DNA of 64,000 nt from Octopus sinensis (lineage: Eukaryota). Below the pieces are notes generated by a model, which saw nothing but the letters and a program-made list of their open reading frames with translations, ran no database searches and was not told the origin of the DNA. Within the stretch, counting starts at the first letter, position 1. The number at the start of each line of letters is the position of its first letter. Shown here piece by piece: positions 39,831 through 53,044 of this stretch. Where the stretch lies: assembly GCF_006345805.1 (NCBI RefSeq), contig NC_042997.1:51522001-51586000 (forward strand), read 5' to 3'. The position numbers and the translations under genes are program-made.

Positions 39831-40558
39831 TTTCAATATTCATGTTGCAAACAAAACATGAGGTATGTATGAAATAGTATAAATATGAAAATATTTACTT
39901 GCAAAAACCTAAGTATATTTTTGTAGACTTTGATCACTAGAATAGAAAACAGCTGTCGTAATATGTATATATATCAAAAGGACATGTTATAATACTATTC
40001 CATATCTACAAATACAGCCATACCAACAGTCCAACATACCTCCATCATCAGCTACCCCACGGATATCATTATGGTTTCGACACCTGGACAGTACCATTAA
40101 ATCCAGTGGTGTCAACAGCACTAAAATAAGTGTTGTTTGGGAACAAACACACCAAAGAAACCACAACTTTCAAATTACAATCTAGCACAAAAACATCTCA
40201 AAGGACATGATTCCATTAATGAATGTAGTTTCATTTTTTTTTCCATATATTTAAAAATATTTTTGAATATAGCCTTATTCATTTCAACCTTCAAATACAA
40301 AAGGCTTCCCTGTGTTACATTTGAATAAACATTCCCTTTTAATCTGAAATATTCTGCAACCTTCTTGCTTTAAATATCTGTATTTTAAAGCAAACTTTTC
40401 AAACTCTGAAAAAAGGAAAAAACATAGTATGACAGCTGTTTTCTGTTCTAGTGATCGAAGACTACTTAAGTATACTTAGGTTTTTGCAAGTGAATATTTT
40501 CATATTTATACCACTTCATACACGCCTCATGTTTTGTTTGCAACAGGAATGATGAAAA
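39831..40558. repeat. About 135-bp inverted repeats (39831-39966, 40422-40558) enclosing 455 bp
   Basis: gttgcaaacaaaacatgagg...gcaaaaacctaagtata...gatcactagaa.agaaaacagctgtc and its reverse complement. Confidence 0.85.
40040..40120 (-). CDS. Candidate exon (xLLTPLDLMVLSRCRNHNDIRGVADDG)
   Basis: acacttattttag| 81 nt, single open frame, GC-richer |gtatgt. Confidence 0.3.
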
Positions 40559-41404
40559 ACGAAACTGGTTGACTGAGTGTGTAGATTAATTACTGTTCTT
40601 GTATCCTTTGAGTAGTGGTAAAAGGATTGCTGGAAAAAGGACAAAAGATGAACTCATTTTGGACACCAACTACTGTTAATGATACAAATGATGATCAGGA
40701 AAAATAATACATCCTATGTGCGCTATGATCTTAAGAAAGAAGGTTTAAATTTAGAAACTAAGATTAAATCATGAAGTTGACAGGCAGAACAATTTCTCTC
40801 ACTTTCTCTATTTTTGCTTAAGTCATTAGCCATTGATACAAATTTAAAACAGTTTTAAATTAACCATGGGACACTTTATTCATGTGTAACTTTTTAAAAT
40901 AATAAACAATATAAAAGATGTGCATAAAATTTTGGAAGCCACCATCAGATAATGTATTTTGAAAGAGTTTGGTATTATGTAGAAACAAACAGAAATATCA
41001 TTTTAAACAAGAACCACTAGAAATACGTACTAATTTTTTCTATTTAAATTATCTAATTCATTATTGGTGTGGTGAACTGCTGATTAATATGTACTTATAA
41101 TCTTAGCTAATTTTGTACATACTTGGTGGCCACTTTCCTTTATAAACAGCTTTAATATACCATATCAATTTAGTTTTAGCCCAGTTACACCTTGACTGAT
41201 ATTTTCTCTGAATTTCAAACAGCTTTGAGTATTATTAAATGCTTTCAACACAGTTTATGTAATCTAATTTTATGCAAAGTCAAATTGATCTGCAATTCAA
41301 AAATATCTTTTTTTATCTTATCTGTTTGATAAGCTTATTTGGCTTTATAATTATTTCTTCTGACTGCTTGTTTAGAGCATTCTTTCATTACTACTAGTTG
41401 CCAG

Positions 41405-41740
41405 GTGAAGGTCGTCAAGCTCACAATCATGAAGTAGTGAGTTTGATTCCTGGTCCAGGCTGTGTTGTGTTCTTGAGCAAGACACTTTATTTCACGTTGC
41501 TCCAGTTCACTTAGCTGTAGAAATGAGTTGTGACATAACTGGTGCCAAGCTGTATCAGCCTTTGCCTTTCCCTTGGACAACATTGGTGGCATGGAGAGGT
41601 GGGGCTGGTATGCATGGGCGACTTACTACTGATCTTCCATAAACAACCTTGCCCAGACTTCTACCTCGAAGGGGAAATTCCTAGGTGCAATCCCATGGTC
41701 ATTAATGACCAAAGGGGGTGGAGTCTGTTTGAATTTTACA
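41405..41740 (+). mobile_element. Another tRNA-derived SINE (decayed)
   Basis: gagtttgattcc (B box)...ttgagcaagacactttatttcacgttgctccagttcacttagctgtag. Confidence 0.6.
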
Positions 41741-44700
41741 CTCACAATTATAGATTATACTTAAAATAGACTGCAAGAATTTTGAAAATTAGGTAAAAGC
41801 AATGTGAAAAGAAAATCCACTGAAAATATTGCCTACTTTTCAAAATTATTCTGAAGTGCATATGTGATTCTCGTTGTAGAAGTGGATTTAGTATACAAAA
41901 TCACAGTAGCTTAATGTTTTATAGATAATGTTAGTGATAAAGACATTGCCATTAAAGTAGGTTCTTGAAATGGTATTAGAGCTAGCTAGAAATTATAGGA
42001 ATTCTAGATACAGCAATTTCAAATAAAAATTAATTGAAACAGAAATCTTTTCTGATATTAGCAACTGGCTGTATTGTCTGTTGATTGACTATAATGTTAT
42101 GTTTTCAGACTAAATTTTTATAACTTAAAAGAAATAAACAGTTAGCATTTTAATAGCGTTATTGAGGCAGTGTGAAGGACACCCCAGATATTTGAAATAC
42201 TTGCAATATGATGGTGTCATCATACAAAACGTGGGACTTACTGGAGAGAGTAGGCCAAAGTTGGCAAGAAAGCAAAGAAAAGAAGTAACCCAACTAAGCA
42301 TCTTTCTCCATTTACACTAAAATATTTTGTAGCTGATTAAAATTGGTTTTTCAAAATTTTTAGTAAACTCTATGAAAAGATAATTTTAAAATTAGTTCAT
42401 CCATTATCACAATAAATAGAACAAATATCAAGATAAGAACCCTATAATTAATGGATTCAGTGATTACTCAGAATGCTTTCTTCACTGTAGCAGCCTGATG
42501 ACTGTTAAATCTAAAATTGTGTGTAAAAATTATAAAAATAGTTCTGGTATTCTTTAAATAATGTAAATAGAGCAAAATAGCCAAGTGGATAAAGTATTGG
42601 ATTACTAAACTCAGGAGCTGTAACTTCAAATCTACTATAGGCATTTCATTATTACTTTAAATAGTTTTTTTTACTCTGTACAACTCAGTTCACCTAGCTG
42701 TCACAAATAGATATCAAAACATATCAAAAATAGATATCAAAACATGTGTGATAGTTAGCAGCCTGGTAGATTTGTCTCTATTCTGTTTAATGCTACATGT
42801 ATTGCCCTCTGGACCCATGAGGTATATGAACAAAGTAATTGCTTTAACTTTTTATATAATGTATTAAAGAAATTGAAGTGGTTGTTGTTAGTCTTGAATT
42901 AATTCTGTGAGTGTGTTTATGTGTGTGCATGAGTTTGTATGACATTTTGATCTACATACATACAGGAAATTTTAAATGCAAATTCTATTATGGTAAGATG
43001 ATTGAAGGCTAACAGTATTAAATTTTAGATTTGTTTTTATTAATCCATACACAAAAGGTAGAATAGTATCCCACTTACACTTAAAAACTGGAATGGTTGA
43101 TTGTGACTAATACATTTAATGTTTAGCGTAGATATATTGGACAGACAAGGTATTCCTGAAAAAGACGTTTTAGTGAAGAAGGATTTGAAAATTTCTAATA
43201 TTCTGTTTAGAAAATTAGCACATTATATGTCAACATTGGATAAAGCAAGTATGAAATGTTTAAAATTGGGCTGACATTCATTAGACAAGGTCAGAACAGC
43301 AGTTTCTATTGAATTAAGGCAGAAGAAACAGAAGGTAGCATAGTATGCTAGTGCTGGAAAGCAATGTATAGTAACAAATTGCCAATGTGACAAATAGCTG
43401 AGGATGAGGAGCTTATGGATGTAAAATTTCTAAGTATTTTTAGTGTTATATCAAAAAGGAAGGGTATTCTCATAAGCTATAAGGATCTTATAGGACCTAG
43501 GCAAATAGGAAAGAAGTGAGGTAGAAGAGAGAGGATGTGTATGAATGTTTTGAAAATTTGAAACTCTTTTAACTAGAATAAATAATCAGAGTAAATAAAC
43601 AATAAAATGGCAAGCAAGGATGTGAGGGTTGTTAATATGGAGAGTTTATTCATTTAAATAACTATTTTGTATGTTTTCATGGCATCCAAAATTTTAAGGC
43701 ATCTTTAAACAAAGAAGTTTACTCAAATATTTTTGAGTATTACAAACTACTCAGGACTGATGCACTTCTTTGTGCCTGAAAAGAAAGTCAGTTTTCTTTG
43801 AGACATGTCGTTACTTCAAAACAATAGACATTCAGAAGCCACGAGAGATTTTTTAAAGTCTTGTCATTTGTTATGAATTGATTTTTAAAATTGAAGACTG
43901 ACAGAAAAATGCAGATGTCAAAGTTCTTGTTCCTGAAAGTAACATATGTTATTCAACTAAACATTATCAGTGGAAAAACTTCTTTGTAAAGAGGTAGATA
44001 ACTGCTGATAATAGCAGTGGATACTGGATAATATTGCAAGAAATAAATCATTACTGTCCAGCATAATTGTTTATAGAAATAGTAGTGTCTGATATAGAAA
44101 TATTATGGAGATGTACTTGCATAGCAAGTGACCTGATCTGAGATCGTGTGCTGGAATGAAAACAATTGCAGCATGGAAGGTGTTTATAAGCCATTTAAGA
44201 AATACACAAAAACCATTAGATTCACTTCAACATTTAAATTTAATTTGTCAAAATATTTTCGTCCCTTTGAGACCGTGACCTGTTCACTGACAAAGTTCCA
44301 TGCTGTTAGAAGATATGAGGATTTAAAAAATATAAATCTATTGATTAGTTTATGACTGATTGACAGTGAAAATAAAGAAAATAATTCTGTTTGCTATTAA
44401 TTAGTAAGAATGTAAGTACAATTAAAATATTGGTAAGCTGATTGACAATGTGCTTATTCTGCAAAAACTTAGCTAATTTGTAAAATAAGTATAAATTTGA
44501 AAGATAGTTCTTATCAAAAAGTAATTTTAATACATAAATTATGAATTTAAACTTTCATGTTAAGCATGTTTTTTTAAAATCTGGTAAGAGGAAGCAAATA
44601 AAATATCAAAAAGCATCAAAATAGAATCAGTCAGTCATTTATTAGACTGAATAAAGTAAAAAGATCAATAAGGCATACTTATTCACTTACAAAAATTTGA

Positions 44701-47234
44701 ATAAAGTATCATACTACAATTTGAGATTGAATTAACTATACAAAAAAAAAAGTAACATATGCTATATTTCAAAGATGATAATTTTTATTTAAAATCCAGC
44801 TACATTGATTTAACCTCTCTGCATTTATAGACATTTATTTTACCTATATTTTACATTAATTACACCAGTCAACGATTTTCAAACAAATGTCTAAGTACAA
44901 ACATAAAAAATGAAATGATATACATTTAAACTGCTTCATGTGGTGAATGCAACAGATGGAATGGTAATTTAATTTTTTAATTTTTTTTATTAAGTGATCA
45001 TTACCTTTCACACCTATTACTTTCCTGTAGTTGAAAATATATTTCAATTTTTTTTTTTTCTTATATGTTATATTCTTTGAATATGTTAGTTACTTAGCTA
45101 AATGCACTTCAGCTACTGATTAGAGAGTGAAGAAACCTTTAAAAGGTAGTAAACAATTATATATTTTTTTATAAATGGAATATAACAAACTAGAAACCGT
45201 TTATGCTTTGATATTTTTTATATGTTTATTCACTTACTTATAAAATATACTACTCAAGAACAATCCAACATTTTAATTATATATTTGCATATGTAAAGAT
45301 GAGATCATCTGTCTATTTTATGCCAGAGGTATCTAAGGGAAAAGGTTAAATATTCCATTATTCTCTTTATGGAAAAGTCCTAAAACAGTTACTGATATTA
45401 GCCTACATAGAAACTTAAGCAATTGAAAAGGCAAGCAAATCAGTATCACACTTATAAGTGCCAAACTCAAGACTATATTACTGAGTGAACTGAGAAGGGA
45501 GCTTCAACATGGTTGCTCTCTGCTAGAAATAACTGTTAAAGCACCCTCAATTCACACCCTACCATTGTAGTAAAAAAAACAAACATTGGATAATGTTATC
45601 CTATAAACACTGTCTGCGAAAAAAAACAAACTGGTCATGGCTGGAGCATTCTTAATCATAACACTAATTAGGGTAAGCACAGTGTTAAACAACAACATAT
45701 AATAAATACTAAAGGATCTTATAAACAACACTATTGCTGGACAATTAATTATCTAGATAATATTCCTAACCTGTCAACAATTACTAAATCATTCATTCTA
45801 TGATGAATACAAAGTGGATTATGAATTTCTCACCCTAATATACATAAAAATCTAACGGATTAGTAATAGTAACTGAAATGGATGCCTATAGGTTCATTAG
45901 TTTAGCATATATATTAATGAAAATACACTGTATGATTACTGCTCTTTTTCTACCTTACTGTAGTCTATAGCTTAAAACTTGTACAAAACTTTCATATAAA
46001 ATCTTTCATAAAAGTAAAACTGTTAATCAGAACTTGAGACTTGCTCCTTTTATTTTTTTTTTCTTCAATTTTAATTGGTGCTTGTAATTGTAAGTTCTAT
46101 TTTGTATAGTACTTAGCATAAGAGTAACACAACTCATTAAAGAAATTGCTTTCCTATGTTTTTCATGAAAAACATATATTGTGAACCTACATTCTCAATG
46201 AAATTAAGATAGTTAAGCAGAATAAAGAGAGATTCTTCCTATACCTAAAATAATCTTCATTGTGTATGCATGTGTGTGAATAAAAAATACAAGATTAATG
46301 AAGAATTCTAGATAATTAAATAGTTGAAATATTATTTATATAATTTCAAGACAGATCTTCAACATTATTTACAAAATATTTGAGATAGCAATGTAATCTT
46401 TAAAAAAATGTCTTTTTTTTTTTTGCATTCTAAGCAGAAATGTTTTTTTAAATATTTTTATGCTTGTACAGAATGTTAATTCATTTTAACCCAGGTATTC
46501 ATAGCATTTATTTTTCATTACTGGCATAGTTTTAATAAGTCCATAATATAGTTTTCTTTTACTTGTGATGTATATGAATGTGTGTGTGTGCACACACAAA
46601 CCTAATAGATGCAAGCATAATTGTATGCTTAAGAAGTTTGTTTTGCAACATGATAGTCCTTAATTCAATTCTACTGCATAGCATCAATTAGGTAAGTGTC
46701 TTCTGATATAGCCTCAAGTTTACAATGCCTTCTGAGGGAAATTTGCAGAACAAAATGCTTACACACACAAAAAAAAAAAAAAAAATAAAAAACAGTGGAT
46801 AAGTTCACAATCAATATTAAGGCTTAAACCACAAAGAAATGGAAAGAGGTACTTGTTATAATGTTTCCAACATTGTACTTCTTCAAATGGTGAAAAGTAG
46901 GGAAGAAAAACATAGAGAAATAGAAAAAGAAAAGGGAAAATGTACCTTGTGTTTGTATGTGTCTGTCTCTATATCTGTCTTTACATTGATGCCACTTACA
47001 AAATGGTATGCTCATGTGCAACAAATAGAAATTGCTAAAATAAGTACTAAATATAAAAGTAAGCACTAGTGTTGACATGATTGACTAAAACCTTTCAGAG
47101 TGGTGGCCCAGTGTGAATAAATTAGATGCTGTACTTGTGGTCTAAAATTTATAATTTTAAATCTATTTTAATATGATTTTTCTAAATTGTTTGCCAAGTT
47201 AACCTAGTTGAGAAAGAGTTATTATTTCTTTTAG

Positions 47235-47331
47235 ATATTTAGTAATGAAAACGTTTGCTACAAGACTTCATATAAATATCTCTATATGCAAAGCCAATTA
47301 GTCTATGTTTACATGGAAAAGAAAAACAGAT
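47235..47331 (+). CDS. Candidate exon (IFSNENVCYKTSYKYLYMQSQLVYVYMEKKNR)
   Basis: ttatttcttttag| 97 nt, single open frame |gtaaga. Confidence 0.2.
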
Positions 47332-47537
47332 GTAAGAAATATATAAACAAATGAGATCTTCAAAATTTGTTTGGAAAACCTGATTTAAACTTTGTCTTGA
47401 CCTACCATTTAGTTTAAAGATGTGAAAAAGTAGAAAATATATTAAAATTTTAACTAAATTTACTATGCATGCCAAAAATATATCTTAACCTGCTCTAGTT
47501 AGATCCTGTTCCCAATGATACTCTCTCTCTCTTTTTT

Positions 47538-47907
47538 ACTCTTTTACTTGTTTCAGTCATTTGACTGCGGCCATGCTGGAGCACCACCTTTAGTCGAGCA
47601 AATCGACCCCGGGACTTATTCTTTGTAAGCCTAGTACTTATTCTATCGGTCTCTTTTTGCCGAACCGCTAAGTAACGGGGACGTAAACACACCAGCATCG
47701 GTTGTCAAGCGATGGTGGGGGGACAAACACAGACACACAAACATACACACACACATACATATATATATCTACATATATACGACAGGCTTCTTTCAGTTTC
47801 CGTCTACCAAATCCACTCACAAGGCATTGGTCGGCCCGAGGCTATAGCAGAAGACACTTGCCCAAGATGCCACGCAGTGGGACTGAACCCGGAAAGATGT
47901 GGTTGGT
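47538..47907 (-). mobile_element. SINE family 1, young near-full-length copy
   Basis: CpG-rich; collinear with 26211-26617. Confidence 0.9.
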
Positions 47908-48949
47908 TAGATATATATTTACTTAATTTTCCATAGTAGGTGACCTATTTCTCTTGTTCAGTATTTACTGAAATCTTTTTATATTAATTCATCGCTCTCA
48001 TGTATTTTTTGATACAATAATTGCTACCAGTTTGACAATAAAACTTTAAAACTATTACATGCTTCTACTAATTTTGAGACATTGTTTTCAAAATTTAGGG
48101 GTTTTCTTTCTTACTTTTCTTTCTTACTCAACTAATTTTTAAAATTTATTTTTAGAATGTCTACCTGGCATGACTGTGTGGTTAAGAAACTCACTTAGTA
48201 ACTACATGGTTTTGGGTTCAGTCCAACTGTGCAACACCTTAGGCAAGTGCCTTTTACTATAACCTTCAGACAACCAATGCCTTATGAGTCAATTTGATAG
48301 AGAGAAACTGTGTGGAAGGCCATTATATATTTTTCCCTACCACTGCCTGACAACCAATGTTGGTTTGTTTACAAACCTGCAACTTAGCTGTTCAGCAAAA
48401 CTGTTAGAATAAGTACTGGGGATTGATTTGTTTGACTAAACTCTTCAAAGCAGTACCCCAGCATGGTTACAATGCAGTGACTGAAATAAGAAATAGATAA
48501 AAGGTAAAAACTGTTCATACTTGAAGTATAAGAATATACAAAACCAGTACCTTTGAAAAAAGGGCCATGAGAGCAATTTTTCAAGGATTTTTTAAAAATT
48601 ATCATTTTTATATACTCACTTAGGCTAACATTAGAGAGTAGAAATAAATATTCTTTGAGTCAAGTGTAATGCTTTTAATTAGAAGTTGATTTGTTTCTCT
48701 TATTTGAATTGCTGTTTCTTTCAAGACAGGAACACACTTCTTTACACCCTTCCTTGGTTAAATGATTAAATGAAAAGTTTATTTTACTTTAGTTGTTTGG
48801 AGACACAGTCTGTTTATGCTTCTCCACTAAATAATTGGAATACTGATTTAAAGAATATTTTTTAGACTGTTGATTTGATTCTTGCCTGAGGCTTACTAAC
48901 AGATCATTATAGATGAATCGTCATTAATCCTACTAAAATATATCAACCC

Positions 48950-49850
48950 AACAAAACCTACTAAATCTTATAACCATTGCTTCTGAAATATTTAAGGTTC
49001 TTTATTGACATGTACAATGTCACCAACTTAAGATGTCCTAATAGGGATCCTTGCCTTTCTCTGGTGAAATTTTCCTTTGTGTCTTTCTGTTATTTGAGAT
49101 AATGACTTTTCTATAAAAGTTATCTGCTATTTCCAATCAACAATCAAAAGATATAAAGATAAAATGTTGGTGTAAAAATTCTGAACTAAATTTATTGTAA
49201 GTTTGTGAATAAATTTTTATTTGTTTGTTGAATTATGTTAACAAAGAGACTACCCAATACATATCACACTATTGTGAGTTCTTTTCACGACAAGCCATGT
49301 GAAATTCATATTCTTACACCTTTACTACAATATTTTGTTAATTTTATGGCTTGTTTATATTTATAAGGCATAGATAGAAATTTTGCTGCAACTAGTTCTG
49401 TTCTGTTATATTCCTTTAGTTATTGAAGCACCAGTTTAACATTTTCTTCACACAGTAACTATTTCTGAAATGTGCCTGTGATAATGTCATCATTATTAAA
49501 AGCTGAGTGTTCAGCCCACAATTCATCTGTTGTAGAGTCTGCACCACAAAACCTGCAGTGTATTCTTTTCATTAATTCAACCTTTAACTTTGCTTTCACC
49601 TTTAAGTGTGAGGACAATTATACCTTCTTTTAAATTTTTAGTAAGTTTACCACATGCAAAGAAGTTCTGGAAGAGTGCTTTTTGGCAAAAGTTTTTTGCA
49701 TGGCTTTAAAAGAATCACTGAAATACTGTCAGGTCCCCATTGCTGAGTTTGAGATCATCTCATCAGTAGCTGATATTGTGTCCTCTTTTTTACCAATGTA
49801 ATCAACAGTTGCTTCTTTTGAGAGTCTAAGTTTGTTTTCCCTTACTGTCA
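48950..49850 (-). mobile_element. CR1-type RT relic
   Basis: GPDSISVILLKPCKKLL; a QGSLLG-like motif near 49040; heavily decayed. Confidence 0.5.
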
Positions 49851-50599
49851 TTAATTTGTTTATCTAAATTATTTGAGATCTTTATTCTTCATCTCATAAC
49901 AACTCACCTCTCTTGAAGAAGCATGTTTTTGTGTGTATCAGCTGTTCTCTCAGAGACAATGTTAATGCATTCATCATCATCATCATTTAATGTCTGTTTT
50001 CTATGTTGATATGGGTTGGATGATTTGACAGGAACTGGTGAGCTGTAAGGCCATGTTAAGCTCCAATGTCAGTTTTGGCATTTTCTATGGCTGGATGTCT
50101 TTCCTAATGCCAACCACTTTATAGAGTGTACTGATGAAGGACACCCAAAACCGGGTAAAATGGTGTGAGGGCAGTTGCTCTGGCATTGAGGTAGATCCAG
50201 CCACCCCCATTAATGGGGACGAAATCTGGATTCAAAATGATGGATGATGATGATTGCTTTTTTTTCTGTGCCACTGGTGCTATCAAGGTTCCCATGTAAC
50301 TTGCTAGACAAGAAAAGAAAAGTCCTTTTCAACTAAATGTGGTGAGAGTAGTATATGAGACGGGGAGGAGCAATGGTTCTATGCCATGTGATGGAAGAAC
50401 AAGCCCAAATGTCTTGTGATAGAGATACATGGCCACCCCATGTTATATAAGGTTAGATGGGAATTGCTGGAAAGCTGAAAAGAAGACAGAAATGAGATGC
50501 AGTAGTATCTCAAGACAGTTGATTGTAGAAGGGGTTAGAGGAAGATAGCAGGGAAAAGATGGGGGTAGAAGTGCATGTAGCTAGTGATGGTGAGAGATA

Positions 50600-50830
50600 T
50601 AGTATTGGCCAAATTTCTTTCATAATCTCTTTTTGAATTGATTTCCAGTTAGCTTTGTATGAGTTCAAGCTAGACAGAGTTTGGTTGCATCCTGTGTGAT
50701 ATATATCTTAAGTAGTTTTGAGCCACATATTGTTAGTTCTGTTATGTTGAGGCTTAAGAATATCCTTGGTGACACTTCCATGTTGTGGATAAGTCTCTTG
50801 TTATTAGTGAAACATAGGTCTAAGATGTGT
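50600..50830 (-). mobile_element. CR1-type LINE relic
   Basis: HILDLCFTNN motif. Confidence 0.6.
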
Positions 50831-50927
50831 GTGTGTAAACTTTTAGTGGAATTGAAAGATTGGTTATGCATTTGTAACAAAATATATTTGTTTATAATGT
50901 TTGACTTAATTTTTTTTTTTTTTACAG

Positions 50928-51000
50928 TCTAGGCTCAGAAGCCATTTCAGTCAACTAGAGTTTTGTGAAGGAAACTTGCAACTTTGGCCTGAAGCAAAAC
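50928..51000 (+). CDS. Likely internal exon of an unidentified gene (SRLRSHFSQLEFCEGNLQLWPEAK)
   Basis: ttgacttaa(t)14acag| 73 nt, only frame 0 open |gtaagt; both splice sites are consensus. Confidence 0.5.
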
Positions 51001-51310
51001 GTAAGTTGATAATTATTTGATTAAATTCATTATTAGATTTTTTTTAAATTCAATTATTTTTGTTCAGTTTTTGTTACTATATGTATTTTAATGAATATAC
51101 TCTACCAATATATGTAAGCATATATGCATGCAATAGAGTGTTTTTTAAATATGTGTTACAGTGAACATCAATGTATTATGAATGAGAGTTGGAAGGTGCT
51201 GAAAGAATTGAGATTTCCAGTCTACAACTGAAGGATGAAATGTGTGTAGAGTATTATTGTTTATGTATATATATTCAAGCTTGTATGTGTGTATATATAT
51301 CTAAATATAA

Positions 51311-51342
<32 letters not shown>

Positions 51343-51397
51343 TAAGAAGATAAGAAAATAGAGAGATTAATTAATAATTATTTATTAATTAAAAAAT

Positions 51398-51493
51398 TAG
51401 GCAACATCTGACAGCTGTTTCGATTCCAGACCTTTAGAAATATATTACCATAATTAAAGTCATTTAAAAGTCAGATCTCATCAGAGTTGGCTA
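51398..51493 (-). ncRNA. Type-I hammerhead ribozyme motif with intact core
   Basis: tagccaact-CTGATGA-gatctgactttta...taaaggtctggaatc-GAAAC-agct-GTC-agatgttgccta; stem III ACAGCTGT is palindromic. Confidence 0.6.
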
Positions 51494-53044
51494 AAGATAT
51501 ACAATTAGATGTTCATATTCCTGCTTGTTGAGAATATGGCTCCACACCTTTAACTGATAAAATTTATATATAAAGAACACAGTATAAACCTTACAGAGGA
51601 GAAGAAGGTAGTATATTTATTGGAATTATAATACAAGTAAGAATAGAACAATATATCCTTCTAGGGTGTTTAAATGAAAGAAAATGCGAAAGTAGAAATA
51701 TGAGTATAATCGTAATATATTACAATGTATTATGCACCGATACTAATGCTATAGATAAGCAATGTGTAAAATAATATTAGTAAACTGATAAGATATAAGT
51801 GAATAAAATAGAAATAAAGTATAAATTGAATTAAAAGTAAGGGGGAAATCCATAAAATAGCTTATAATTACAGATTAAATGTGTATACAATCAAAATAAT
51901 GACAATAGTTAAAGGTGCATTCTTTTGGGTGTATTATAATATATAATTAAATACTATAGAGGTGAAAATGCAAAAAGCCTATAATAAAATAAAGTAACTT
52001 AATAACATAAGTTATAGTATGTTATTGCATAGTCAAATGATTGTTTATGTAACCAGAAACATAAACAGAATGCAATACGGAGCAAATGTATATAAATAAT
52101 ATTAGTAATTAATTTTAGGTAAATGACATTCTAAAAGATTTGTTACACTTAGTAATTACCTAAGGAGTTAAGTAACTTAAAAGTTGGAAGAACTTAATGC
52201 TGGGGTTAATTAATATATATTTTTATTATTATATATATGGTTATGCTTGGAAGTCTATTAATTTCAAAAATGTTTAATATAGATAGAATCAGATACTATA
52301 TAATTATGGGTAAGCAGAAAAAATAGAATATTTTAATAATAAAAAAAATAGAAATAAAAACATTTTATTAGAGTCCATCACTCCTGAGACTAATATTGAG
52401 TCGTCCAATTCAATATGCATGGAAGGGTAGCACATCTTTAAAATGAGCAAATATGGTGAGCTGACAAAGCAGCTAGGGAGTGAGGATTACTACTGTACTG
52501 TGAAACTAGTTCATGTTGGATTGTGAGGATTCAGGGTTGCATCAACCTGTCATCTACTCAGGCTGTTGGGTATCAAAGGCCACAGAAGAACTGCCACAAT
52601 CAAACAGCTGTCTGACGTTGCTCAATGTGGATGCGGGCAAAGAGAGAAATGACCAATGGACCTAGTTATGGGTTTTATTGGTTATATACAGGAAGAGAAC
52701 TAGTTCCTTCATTGGTCAGAGTGGTCTAGTAGGCTGAAACACAGACCTGGGAACACAAGTTCACAAAAAGAATGACCAAGGTTCAAATCAGGGTTTTGGA
52801 AAGCAGCAGGAGGACACCTAGGAGTCATGACCTGGGTGGGCCTGGCTTCCATAGAGTGTCAGGTATAAGGGCCAAAACACTTGTCGAATGGGAGTTCTTC
52901 CTCTGAAAATGTCTCCTGCTGTGTGCTCGCCTTGCGGTAAGTTTCTGTTATTGCTCTCCCCATGGCCAGATATATTTTCAAAGAATATTAGAAATGAATA
53001 ACACTGCTTGCATGACAGTGACACTCATTTACAGCTATTACGTA

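Noticed and set aside
43127-43248. KKDLKISNIL, kinase catalytic-loop-like frame
   Set aside because: Lacks HRD and any DFG/APE context; likely chance
50195-50232. Resemblance to the Schistosoma hammerhead (atccag...ggacgaaa..ctggat)
   Set aside because: CUGANGA and stem III are absent; it is only a hairpin
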